63,434 nt of DNA from an uncultured Eubacteriaceae bacterium (GCA_947625585.1 CANQOZ010000001.1:1-63434), one strand, 5' to 3'. Positions 1-8,953 are shown, counted from the first letter of the stretch. Numbers and translations: made by a program. Notes: generated by a model from the letters alone, not told the origin.

Positions 1-206
1 AAACGCTTAAAGCTTTATTTCCTTCATTCTTAAAAGAAAAACCGCTCTGACGTGAAAGCTTATTTATTATATTCACATGATACTTCCATGTCAAGTATTA
101 TTTTTTACTTTTTTTAAATTTTTATGGATGAAATTCCTAAAAATGGATATATACTAAACCTAAGTAATTAACTTAAGAAAATTACATTATTTAAAGGAGA
201 AATCTT

Positions 207-761
207 ATGAGCACTGTAATTCTTGTTGTACTTGTAATAGCAATAGCAGTTATTATAGCTGCTGTTATGGCTAAAAACAGCTTAAGTACAAGTGCTAATC
301 AAGTAGATGAAGCTTATTCTACAATGGATGTTTATTTAAAACAACGCCATGATTTAATTCCTAACTTGGTTAATACAGCAAAAGGTTATGCTAATTATGA
401 AAAGGATACTTTACAACAAATATCACAAGCTAACCAATTAGCTAGTGCAGCTAATACAATTCAAGAATCCTTTAACCAGGAACAGAAATTAGATAATGCT
501 GCTAATCATTTAGTTGCTTTAGCACAAGCTTATCCAGATTTGAAAGCTAACACAAACTATGTAAATTTAATGAACCAGCTACAAAAGGTGGAACAGGACA
601 TAGCAAATGCAAGAAAATATTATAACGCATCTGTTAAAGAATATAACAATAAATTAACAACTTTCCCATCAAAAATGTTTGCTGGTAATTTAGAAAAAAA
701 GCCTTATTTTCAAGTGACCTCTCAAGATGATAGAGAAAACGTTGATGTAAGCTTTAATTAA
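207..761 (+). CDS. lemA: LemA family membrane protein
   Basis: 184 aa. N-terminal TM helix followed by a helical domain with LemA-like segments (QVDEAYSTMDVYLKQRHDLIPNLV, ANARKYYNASVKEYN). AGGAG lies about 7 nt upstream of the ATG. Confidence 0.85.
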   Translation: MSTVILVVLVIAIAVIIAAVMAKNSLSTSANQVDEAYSTMDVYLKQRHDLIPNLVNTAKGYANYEKDTLQQISQANQLASAANTIQESFNQEQKLDNAANHLVALAQAYPDLKANTNYVNLMNQLQKVEQDIANARKYYNASVKEYNNKLTTFPSKMFAGNLEKKPYFQVTSQDDRENVDVSFN

Positions 762-773
762 AGGTAGATTACC

Positions 774-2729
774 GTGAAAAGAATTTTAACGCTTCTCATT
801 TCCCTTCTATTATTAATAGTATGGCCTAGTCAGGTTTTCGGTTTCTACTACTTTAATTACGGTGGGGACTATGATGATTACGGTGATTACGAGGATTATT
901 ATAATTATCCAAGTTCTTCAAATCGTAATACGATTACAATCAATGATATGGATTATCATATGAAGGTTAACGAAAATCATTCTTATGATATTACTATCAA
1001 CGAAAAAGTTACGTTTGATTCGTATAACCACGGTATTTACCGAACTATTGCCCGAAGAGGAACCTATTATCGAGAAGTTGATGGAAAAGAAACCGCATCA
1101 AATTATTCAGCAGTTATTGAAAATGTAAATGTTGAATCTGGACAACCTTTTGAAACTTCAACTGATGGTGATGCTTATATTATCCAAATTGGAGACCCTG
1201 ATAAATATGTTACGGGAGTACAAAATTATACTTATTCATACACTTATGATCCTGGTGATGATGGTATAAGTTCATTTGATGATGTATATCAGAATATTAT
1301 TTCTCAATACTTAGAAAATCCAATTGAACATTTAAACGTAACAATAGATATGCCAAAGGACTTTGATGCTAAAAACGTCTTATTCTTTGATGGAGAGTAC
1401 GCTTCAACTGAAGCTACAAATATGACTTTTAATGTTAACGGTAAACAGATTACAGCTAGTAATACAAGAGAAATTACCCCTGGTCAGGTTGTTTCGGTTA
1501 GAATAGCTCTTCCAGACGGTTATTTTCAAAATATAAGAACTGGTAGAGAATTTCTACCTACTTATTATATTGCAATCGCTGCATCTATTATCATAGCTGC
1601 CCTGGTTTACTTCTTTATAGGTAAAGGTAAGAAACCACTAGAACCGGTAACATTTTACCCACCAGATGGATTAGATTCAGCCCAAGTAGCCTATATTGTC
1701 AATAATAAAATTACAGATGAAACCTTAGTTTCATTATTAATTTACTTTGCTGATCAGGGTTGGTTAACAATAGAGAATCTTTCTCCCGACCAACGTCAAT
1801 CAGATTTTCAAATTTGTAAGGTTCAGGATATTCCATTAGATCGTCCTAATTACGAAAGAACTATTTTTAATGCAATTTTTTCAAGATCTGATACTCCATT
1901 ATTAAAAAGTTTAACTGCAAAACGTTATATGGGAAATGCTTTTATTTCAGCAAAGGAACAATTACGTGACTGGTTTACAGGTTCGAATACTATTGTTTCA
2001 GGAAAAACGTATTCTGCTAAATTCTTAATAATGTTAATAGCTCTAAACTCTTCTATTTTCTATGGAATAGCTTCTAGCTATTTAGTTTATAGAACCTTAG
2101 AATTAGAAATTTTACTCTTTGTTGGGGCAGCATCATTTATTGGTACCTGTATTCTTATATTTAGTCAGAAAAATCGTATAGTCTATAGTTCAATTTTATT
2201 TTTATTATTTAATGCCCTAACAGTTCTGTTTTCTAGATCACTAGTTTTGACTGGAATACAAATAGTAATCAATTATATTATTGGTTTTCTTGGATCGAGC
2301 TGTATGGTTAGAACCGAAAAGGGTAATCGTTGGTATGGTGAATGTTCTGCTTTCAAACATTTTATTGAAACTGCGGAATTGGATAGATTAAAACTTTTAG
2401 TAGAAGAAAATCCTTCCTATTATTACAACATCTTACCTTATGCTTACGCTCTTGGACTTACTAATAAATGGGCTAAGAATTTTGAAGGGATTGCAATAAG
2501 TCCACCTGACTGGTATATTGATCCTTACTTTAATATGAGGATGTTACAATCTCTCTATTTTATGAATATGTTTCATAGGGGAATCGTCACAAATGTCAAC
2601 CATATTAATACCCAAGCCTTCAGACAGATGGGTTCTGGTGGATTTGGTAGAGGCTTTGGCGGCGGAGGCTTCGGAGGAGGAGGCTTCGGCGGCGGTGGAG
2701 CCGGTGGTATGGGAGGTGGCGGTTGGTAA
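774..2729 (+). CDS. DUF2207-type multi-pass membrane protein with Gly-rich C-terminal tail
   Basis: 651 aa with a GTG start 12 nt after the lemA stop. Signal/TM, then a ~230 aa extracytoplasmic domain, several TM helices, and the tail GGFGRGFGGGGFGGGGFGGGGAGGMGGGGW. LemA-DUF2207 adjacency is a commonly seen pairing. Confidence 0.75.
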   Translation: MKRILTLLISLLLLIVWPSQVFGFYYFNYGGDYDDYGDYEDYYNYPSSSNRNTITINDMDYHMKVNENHSYDITINEKVTFDSYNHGIYRTIARRGTYYREVDGKETASNYSAVIENVNVESGQPFETSTDGDAYIIQIGDPDKYVTGVQNYTYSYTYDPGDDGISSFDDVYQNIISQYLENPIEHLNVTIDMPKDFDAKNVLFFDGEYASTEATNMTFNVNGKQITASNTREITPGQVVSVRIALPDGYFQNIRTGREFLPTYYIAIAASIIIAALVYFFIGKGKKPLEPVTFYPPDGLDSAQVAYIVNNKITDETLVSLLIYFADQGWLTIENLSPDQRQSDFQICKVQDIPLDRPNYERTIFNAIFSRSDTPLLKSLTAKRYMGNAFISAKEQLRDWFTGSNTIVSGKTYSAKFLIMLIALNSSIFYGIASSYLVYRTLELEILLFVGAASFIGTCILIFSQKNRIVYSSILFLLFNALTVLFSRSLVLTGIQIVINYIIGFLGSSCMVRTEKGNRWYGECSAFKHFIETAELDRLKLLVEENPSYYYNILPYAYALGLTNKWAKNFEGIAISPPDWYIDPYFNMRMLQSLYFMNMFHRGIVTNVNHINTQAFRQMGSGGFGRGFGGGGFGGGGFGGGGAGGMGGGGW

Positions 2730-2848
2730 TCAACTAAAACCTATATTATAATATTTTCATATCTTTGTATAACTGAATTATTAAAAGGGACTTAGAGTTA
2801 AACTCTAGGTCCTCCATTGTTTCTCTCCTGAATAGTTAAATTTAAAAG

Positions 2849-4207
2849 ATGAGTTTTAAAAAGTTTTCAATGGTAGAAGGAAAACCTTGGATTTCAATAC
2901 TTATTTTTGTTATTCCAATAATTTTAGGTTTACTTCTACAGCAACTTTATAATACAGTAGATTCAATTGTCGTTGGAAACACTAATGGACAGATCTCTTT
3001 AAGTGCTGTTGGTACTACAGGAAGTATTACATTCTTATTTTTAGCGATAGCTACAGGATTTTCGTCAGGGAATGGTATCTTAATAGCTCAGTTTTTTGGA
3101 GCTAATAATATAAAAGAACTTAGAACTTGTGCTTCAACAGGAATTATTCTGATTCTCCTTATAGGATTATTATCAACATTATTTGGAATAATTTTTACAA
3201 ATCAAATTTTAGTATTTTTAGACGTTCCATCTGAGGTTTTCCCTGAAGCAAGAATCTATTTTATTACTTATATGGCAGGAATTCTGTTTCAATTTGGTTA
3301 TAATATTTATGCTTCAATTCTAAGATCAATTGGAGATAGTAATGCTACTTTATATTTTCTTCTAATCGCTTCTATCCTCAATATCATTTTGGATATTTAT
3401 TTTGTTTCCAATCTAAAAATGGGAGTTTTTGGTGCGGCACTTGCAACAGATATCTCACAACTTCTTTGTTTTATTGCAGCTATAATATATACAATTCGAA
3501 AATATCCTATTTTTACTTTTAAATTGAAAGAATTTATTTATTCAAAAATTATTGCATTAAAAACATTAACAACAGGATTTCCAATTGCATTTCAATTAAT
3601 TGTTGTTTCAATCGGAACTTCTCTAATTCAACGAGCAGTCAATGGTTTTGGTCCTATTTTAACTGCAAGTTATACTGTCGGTTACCGAATTGAAGCGTAC
3701 ATGACTCTTCCTTGTAATGCGTTCCAAACAGCATTATCTACTTATACTGGACAAAACATTGGTGCATCGAAGATGAATAGAATTAACTCAGGAGCGATTC
3801 AAGGAATTCTTTTATCTATTTCAATTACTTTATTGATTTCAATAATAATTTATATCTTCTCCTCTGAATTAGTAACTTTATTTGGATTAACAGGACAATC
3901 AGTTGAATATGCTACGGAACATATTAAAACCATAGCTTTTACAATGTTGGTTTTAGCTGCTTATGTCCCGTTATTTGGTGTTTTTCAAGGATCAGGACAT
4001 AGTCAAGTTCCAACTATTATAGCTATTTTTGCTTTAACTATTCGAGTAATTATGGTTTACGTTTTAAGATACAGCGAATTTTTAGGAGTTTCAATTCTTT
4101 GGTGGAATGGAATATTTGGTTTTAGTTGTGCCTTTTGTATTGCTTGGTCTTATTACTTATCTGGACTTTGGAAGAAGAATGCTAATCTAGTCAAAAGATT
4201 AAAATAA
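2849..4207 (+). CDS. MATE family efflux transporter
   Basis: 452 aa, about 12 TM helices. The N-terminus (PIILGLLLQQLYNTVDSIVVG) is typical of MATE/NorM-like pumps. Confidence 0.85.
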   Translation: MSFKKFSMVEGKPWISILIFVIPIILGLLLQQLYNTVDSIVVGNTNGQISLSAVGTTGSITFLFLAIATGFSSGNGILIAQFFGANNIKELRTCASTGIILILLIGLLSTLFGIIFTNQILVFLDVPSEVFPEARIYFITYMAGILFQFGYNIYASILRSIGDSNATLYFLLIASILNIILDIYFVSNLKMGVFGAALATDISQLLCFIAAIIYTIRKYPIFTFKLKEFIYSKIIALKTLTTGFPIAFQLIVVSIGTSLIQRAVNGFGPILTASYTVGYRIEAYMTLPCNAFQTALSTYTGQNIGASKMNRINSGAIQGILLSISITLLISIIIYIFSSELVTLFGLTGQSVEYATEHIKTIAFTMLVLAAYVPLFGVFQGSGHSQVPTIIAIFALTIRVIMVYVLRYSEFLGVSILWWNGIFGFSCAFCIAWSYYLSGLWKKNANLVKRLK

Positions 4208-4248
4208 TTAATATTGACTTAATATAAAAGAAAATTTAATATAAAAAT

Positions 4249-4692
4249 ATGAAAAATGATAAATATTTAAACGAATCTGATTTTGAAAAGGTAAATGTGT
4301 TTGGTAAAGGAGAACCAAATACTAATTTTGCGCAATATTTTATTGGAGAAAGTTTTTTAAATCCACTAGGAGTTCCAGATGATTACCCTATCGGAGCGTT
4401 TAATGTAACCTTTGAGCCTGGATGCAGAAATAATTGGCATATTCACAAAGCAAAGAGTGGTGGCGGTCAACTTCTAATATGCACAGCTGGAAGTGGTTGG
4501 TATCAAGAAGAAGGAAAAGATGCAAGGAGCTTAAATCCTGGAGACGTTGTTGCAATTCCTGCTAATGTAAAGCATTGGCATGGAGCAAAAGAAGATAGCT
4601 GGTTCTCCCATGTAGCTATAGAAGTACCTGGAGAAGAAACGGAAAACATCTGGTTAGAAGAAGTTTCTGATGACGATTATAAAAACTTATAA
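4249..4692 (+). CDS. cupin domain protein
   Basis: 147 aa with cupin metal-site-like motifs (NWHIHKAKSGGGQLL ... VKHWHGA). Confidence 0.7.
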   Translation: MKNDKYLNESDFEKVNVFGKGEPNTNFAQYFIGESFLNPLGVPDDYPIGAFNVTFEPGCRNNWHIHKAKSGGGQLLICTAGSGWYQEEGKDARSLNPGDVVAIPANVKHWHGAKEDSWFSHVAIEVPGEETENIWLEEVSDDDYKNL

Positions 4693-4697
4693 AATTG

Positions 4698-4736
4698 AAA
4701 ACGGTAGGTTGATTATTCAGCCTACCGTTTGTTTTT
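4698..4736. terminator. bidirectional intrinsic terminator between the cupin gene and mgtE
   Basis: Perfect 10 bp stem aaacggtagg/cctaccgttt with a 13 nt loop, followed by gttttt. Confidence 0.8.
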
Positions 4737-4743
4737 GGAGATA

Positions 4744-6156
4744 TTAAAAATGTAAAAAGTTGATTAAAAGCAACCAAGATAATCCATAATAAATTGTTAC
4801 AGCGGTCATGTCATTTAACGTTGTAATAAGAGGTCCTGATGCTACAGCAGGATCAAAGTTGAAATGTTTAAATATTATTGGAATCAATGTTCCGGTAAAT
4901 CCTGCTAGACACATTGAAGCAACTAAAGCTACACTTGCACACCCTGCTATACTAGCTGATAATAAGAGAACCTCCTTTTTATAAAAGAAGAGATATATAA
5001 AGATAAAAACTAAAGCACCCGATCCAAGAATTACTCCAAGATAAAAACCAACTTTAGCCTCTTTAAAGACAAGTTGAATTAAATCTTTCATACTTAAATC
5101 GTCATCCGTTAAGACTCTAATCGTTATAGCAAGTGATTGAGTTCCAATATTCCCAGCCATTTCCAAAATAAGTGATTGGAAACTAACAATAATCGCTACC
5201 TGGGCAACAACATTTTCAAATAAACTAACAATATAAGAAACAACAAAACCTAACAGAAGAAGGATACCTAACCAAAAGAATCTCTTTTTAATACTAGACC
5301 ATAGTGGTTCATTTAGATCTTCTTCTGAAGATAAACCAGCAAATTTAGCATAATCTTCACCAAGAGTTTCATCAATTAAACCAGCTAAGTCTTGAGCTAT
5401 TAAAACACCTTTTAAAGTATTATCAGCATCTAGGATTGGGATAGAATCCTCTGAATAATCCACTAAACGTTCAATACATTCTTCAATTTCTTCGTTAGAA
5501 TAAACATAAGGATAAGAAGTCATTGTAATTGAATCTAGGCTAGAATCATCACGATGTAAAATAATGTCTTTTAATTCGACTGCCCCAAAATAAACACCAT
5601 TTTCATCAGTAACATATATAGTCGAAACATTATCATTTTCGGCTGCCTGCTCAATGACTTCATTCATTGCTTCTCTAACAGTTAGATCTTTATCCACATT
5701 GATAAAGTTAGTCGACATTCTACTTCCAATTTCATCTTCATCAAAAGAAGCGATAAGATTTAACTCTTGTCTAGTTTCAAGATTGAGAAGTTCTAGTTGA
5801 ACCTGTCGTTCTTGTTTAGTAAGACTTCTTAAGTAGTCAGCTAAGATATTTGTTTCTAAACCTTCTAAAATTGCTGTTCTTTTTTGGGGATTAAATTCTT
5901 TAATATAATCATTCCTATCATCTAGGAATTCAAGAACGTCGATTAACGTATCCTTATCAAGTAAGCTGTAGAGCCTGGTTCTTTCGTCCCTATTTAAAAA
6001 CTTCATAGCGGAAGCTATGTCATTTTCATGGAAATTTCCAATTTTTTCTTGAATAATTTTTGGAGCATAATTACTCTTTAAAATTTCAACAATTTCGGAC
6101 TCAATGGAACCAGGAGTTGCCAACTCCTTTTCTTTTAATTCCTTACTCATTGTCAT
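4744..6156 (-). CDS. mgtE: magnesium transporter MgtE (paralog 1)
   Basis: 470 aa with an N-domain, tandem CBS region and a C-terminal 5-TM MgtE channel domain (GNIGTQS, ASGPLITTLNDMTAV). Aligns end to end with the ORF at 7385..8794. Confidence 0.92.
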   Translation of the reverse strand: MTMSKELKEKELATPGSIESEIVEILKSNYAPKIIQEKIGNFHENDIASAMKFLNRDERTRLYSLLDKDTLIDVLEFLDDRNDYIKEFNPQKRTAILEGLETNILADYLRSLTKQERQVQLELLNLETRQELNLIASFDEDEIGSRMSTNFINVDKDLTVREAMNEVIEQAAENDNVSTIYVTDENGVYFGAVELKDIILHRDDSSLDSITMTSYPYVYSNEEIEECIERLVDYSEDSIPILDADNTLKGVLIAQDLAGLIDETLGEDYAKFAGLSSEEDLNEPLWSSIKKRFFWLGILLLLGFVVSYIVSLFENVVAQVAIIVSFQSLILEMAGNIGTQSLAITIRVLTDDDLSMKDLIQLVFKEAKVGFYLGVILGSGALVFIFIYLFFYKKEVLLLSASIAGCASVALVASMCLAGFTGTLIPIIFKHFNFDPAVASGPLITTLNDMTAVTIYYGLSWLLLINFLHF

Positions 6157-6300
6157 TTTCCACTACCTTGAGACTTACAGTAATCGAAATAGACAATGGT
6201 GTCCTTATGTGGTCAGAATAAGAATGGACCACAGTTGTAATAAGCTACACAACGGCACCGTATCTATTATTTGACCACTACTACTATCGTCCATCTTTAT
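6157..6300 (-). promoter_or_regulatory. structured 5' leader of mgtE paralog 1, possibly an M-box-like Mg2+ riboswitch
   Basis: The segment is more GC-rich than its surroundings and contains stems such as TGTGGTC/GACCACA. Blocks AGAUACGGUGCCG, ACAUAAGG and CUGUAAGUCUCAAGG resemble remembered M-box blocks in the right order. The central GACGC..AAUGGGUCAACAG core is not evident. Confidence 0.3.
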
Positions 6301-6412
6301 TCCTTTCTATCTAAATTTGTTAATACAATAATTATAAACAAGATTTTGTTTTATTTAACAACTCTTTAAGAAAATTAAGATAAATACCAACTTTTTGTTC
6401 TAAATGGAAGAG

Positions 6413-6445
6413 AAAAAAATTAGGTCCCACAACTAAGTGGAACCT
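6413..6445 (-). terminator. intrinsic terminator after the 6450..7268 gene
   Basis: On the minus strand: aggttccac-ttagtt-gtgggacct followed by aattttttt. Confidence 0.75.
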
Positions 6446-6449
6446 GTTA

Positions 6450-7268
6450 TTATTCATCTAATTTAAAATCAGATTCTTTTAAACCTTCTAATTCAACTAA
6501 TTTTTCAAAAGTTGCAGAGTCTGTTTCAATTTCACTTATTTGACTATCAATTCCAATGTCATAAATTTGGATTAAAGTATCTTCAACCATTTTTAATGTT
6601 GCTTCCAAATCATTTAGAGTGCTTACAATTTTTTTAGTTTTGATTCTTCGAGTAACTAAATCTTTGTAATGATTTATAACAGCAATCATTTGAGTTGTAA
6701 TATTTTTAGGAGCTTCAATCTCATCTGTAATAATTTCATCAATAAGTTGTTCTGAATGAAGAAGATAGCTATAATCATTTGTTCCTGTTGGCGTTACTGA
6801 TAAGGCTTCTTTAATTACAATTCTTAAACGTTCAATATCAGTTAATTCTTCTTTATTATTTTCTTCTTTTTCTTCTATTATCTTAATAACGAGTTCTTCA
6901 TTTTCTTCTACTCCAGTAACTTTATACCATTTAATTAGGCCTGCCATTGAGACTGAAACTAAGAAGAAGTAGATTGAAATAAGAACTTCTTCTGAATCTT
7001 CCGCTGTTGGGAGAGTTAGAATAAGTATTACAAATCCTAATATAGTTAAGAAAGCTGAAGCATCTGAACTTTTACTTTTTATTAAATGTGGTTCTTTTAT
7101 AATTTTTATCACCCAAAATAGACTGATTAAGCAAAGAACTAGAACTATTATATAAAATCCCAAATCCTGAAAAGCTAGTCCATTGAACCAGTTAACAAGG
7201 CTAGAAGACAGGAAGTAAAAAATAAACATTGTTGATGCAAATTCAAATGTTCTCTTTTTAGGTTCCAT
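6450..7268 (-). CDS. 4-TM membrane protein with C-terminal helical domain (paralog family member 1; function unknown, possibly XpaC-like)
   Basis: 272 aa with four N-terminal TM helices, a KEPH loop motif and a C-terminal tail LEGLKESDFKLDE. GGAGGG SD. Homologous by eye to 30978..31772 and 19483..20484. Confidence 0.6.
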   Translation of the reverse strand: MEPKKRTFEFASTMFIFYFLSSSLVNWFNGLAFQDLGFYIIVLVLCLISLFWVIKIIKEPHLIKSKSSDASAFLTILGFVILILTLPTAEDSEEVLISIYFFLVSVSMAGLIKWYKVTGVEENEELVIKIIEEKEENNKEELTDIERLRIVIKEALSVTPTGTNDYSYLLHSEQLIDEIITDEIEAPKNITTQMIAVINHYKDLVTRRIKTKKIVSTLNDLEATLKMVEDTLIQIYDIGIDSQISEIETDSATFEKLVELEGLKESDFKLDE

Positions 7269-7384
7269 AATTCCCTCCTATTTAAGTAAAATGACTTAAT
7301 TAATCAGTTTTGATTAATTTAATCAAAAAAATAGCATTATTAGATATTCTATTAAATCTTTAATTAATTTCTTTTTTGACCGAA

Positions 7385-8794
7385 TTAAAAATGAAACAAA
7401 TAGATTAAGATATACCAGGCTAACGAGTAATAAACTAAAACAGCAGTTAAATCATTTACCGTTGTAATAAATGGACCAGAAGCTACAGCCGGATCAAAGT
7501 CAAGATACTTCAAAAAAATTGGTGTTACTGTTCCAATAAAACTAGAAATCGTCATTGAAACCAAAAGAGCTAAAGCAGCGCATATTGAGACACAGGAAGC
7601 TAATAACATCATTTCTTTTTGACCAAGAATGAGATAAAGCCATATACAAAAAAGAGCTATAACTCCAATAGAGAGACCAAGAACAAAACCGACTTTAAAC
7701 TCCTTTATTATTAAGTGGATTTTCTCCTTTTTACTTATATTTTCATCCATTAGAACTCGAACTGTTACAGCTAATGATTGTGTTCCGACATTTCCAGCCA
7801 TATCAAGTATTAAAGACTGAAAAGTTACGATTATAGCTACTTGAGCTACTACATGTTCATAAGAACCTACAACAAAAGATATAACAAAACCAAGTAAAAG
7901 CAAAGTACCTAACCATGGTAATCTTTTTTTAACACTATTTTTAGTTGTTTCATTTAAATCTTCTTCTGTTGAAAGACCCGCAAGTCTAGCATAGTCTTCA
8001 CCTATTTCGTCATTAACGATATTTACCATTTCTTGGGAAGTTAATACCCCTTTTAATTTATTATCAGCATCTAAAACTGGAATAGAATCTTCATAATAAT
8101 CAATTATCCTTTCAAAGCAATCTTCTATTTCTTCATTAGAATAGACATAAGGATAAGAGTTCATCGTGATTGTATCAATATTGTCATTTGCTCTGGCTAT
8201 GATTAAATCTTTTAAATCAATGGCTCCAATTAAGATATTATCTTTATCCGTAACATAAATGGTTGAGATATTATCCGATTCTTCTGCTTGATTCATTAAC
8301 TCCCTCATAGCGTGTCGAACATCAATATTCTCTTCAATCTGGATAAAATTTGTTGACATCCTACTTCCAATTTCTTCTTCATTAAAAGAGGTTATTAAAT
8401 TCAACTCATCTCTTGTTTCTTTATTTAAGAGAACTAGTTGAACATCCCGTTCGTAACTTGATAAACTACTAAGATAATCGGCTAAGATATTTGTTTCAAG
8501 TCCTTCAAGGATAGCTGTTCTTTTATTTGAATTCAACTCTCTTATATATCTATTTCTATCGTCCAAATATTCTAAAACAGTAATTAGAGTTTCAGTATCA
8601 AGTAAGCTATAAAGTCTTACACATTCATCTCTACTTAAATATTCCATTGCGGAGGCAATATCATTTTCATGAAAGTTGGCAATCATCTCCTGCATGATTT
8701 TAGGCGTATAAGAACTCTTAAGGACATCAATAATTTCATATTCAACTGAGCCAGGAGTCGCCTGTTTTTGATTGTGATCTAATTTTTCAGCCAT
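7385..8794 (-). CDS. mgtE: magnesium transporter MgtE (paralog 2)
   Basis: 469 aa with the same architecture and many identical blocks as 4744..6156 (NFHENDIASAM, SRMSTNF, DPAVASGP). SD aaggtgagg. Confidence 0.92.
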   Translation of the reverse strand: MAEKLDHNQKQATPGSVEYEIIDVLKSSYTPKIMQEMIANFHENDIASAMEYLSRDECVRLYSLLDTETLITVLEYLDDRNRYIRELNSNKRTAILEGLETNILADYLSSLSSYERDVQLVLLNKETRDELNLITSFNEEEIGSRMSTNFIQIEENIDVRHAMRELMNQAEESDNISTIYVTDKDNILIGAIDLKDLIIARANDNIDTITMNSYPYVYSNEEIEDCFERIIDYYEDSIPVLDADNKLKGVLTSQEMVNIVNDEIGEDYARLAGLSTEEDLNETTKNSVKKRLPWLGTLLLLGFVISFVVGSYEHVVAQVAIIVTFQSLILDMAGNVGTQSLAVTVRVLMDENISKKEKIHLIIKEFKVGFVLGLSIGVIALFCIWLYLILGQKEMMLLASCVSICAALALLVSMTISSFIGTVTPIFLKYLDFDPAVASGPFITTVNDLTAVLVYYSLAWYILIYLFHF

Positions 8795-8893
8795 ATCCTC
8801 ACCTTGAACTATCTATGTATTAATGAAATTCTTCTGTTTTCTATTTAATTTTCGATTAATAGTTTGATTTTTTTCATTTAAGACGTTTAAATA

Positions 8894-8907
8894 AGTAAAC
8901 GTTTACG
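8894..8907. promoter_or_regulatory. cre/LacI-type palindromic operator candidate (AGTAAACGTTTACG)
   Basis: Matches TGWAANCGNTNWCA except at the two outer positions. Lies about 100 nt upstream of the mgtE paralog 2 start. Confidence 0.4.
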
Positions 8908-8939
8908 AATATTAGTCGGATATTTCAATATTATTGAAT

Positions 8940-8953
8940 TGTTAACGTTTACA
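8940..8953. promoter_or_regulatory. cre/LacI-type palindromic operator candidate (TGTTAACGTTTACA)
   Basis: One mismatch to TGWAANCGNTNWCA. Its centre is 46 bp from the centre of the 8894 box. The extension AACGTTTACACTC is identical to the box at 23135. Confidence 0.4.

Noticed and set aside
2637-2726. GC-rich tandem ggc/gga repeats that might look like a repeat array.
   Set aside because: They lie in frame within the DUF2207 gene and encode the GGGGF tail. They are a coding low-complexity repeat, not a CRISPR or satellite.
2788-2812. Hairpin gggacttagagt-taa-actctaggtcc after the DUF2207 gene as a terminator.
   Set aside because: It has a good stem but no U-tract on the plus strand. The T-run lies on the wrong strand for any gene here, so it is left uncalled.
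7310-7326. A 17 nt perfect AT palindrome TTGATTAATTTAATCAA between mgtE paralog 2 and the membrane-protein gene. It might be an operator or terminator.
   Set aside because: It is all A/T except for one G/C pair and is not followed by a U-run in the transcribed orientation. Such palindromes are frequent in AT-rich spacers, so the evidence is insufficient.
8795-8893. Looked for an M-box or other riboswitch in the leader of mgtE paralog 2.
   Set aside because: The leader is short, AT-rich and without conserved M-box blocks or stable stems.
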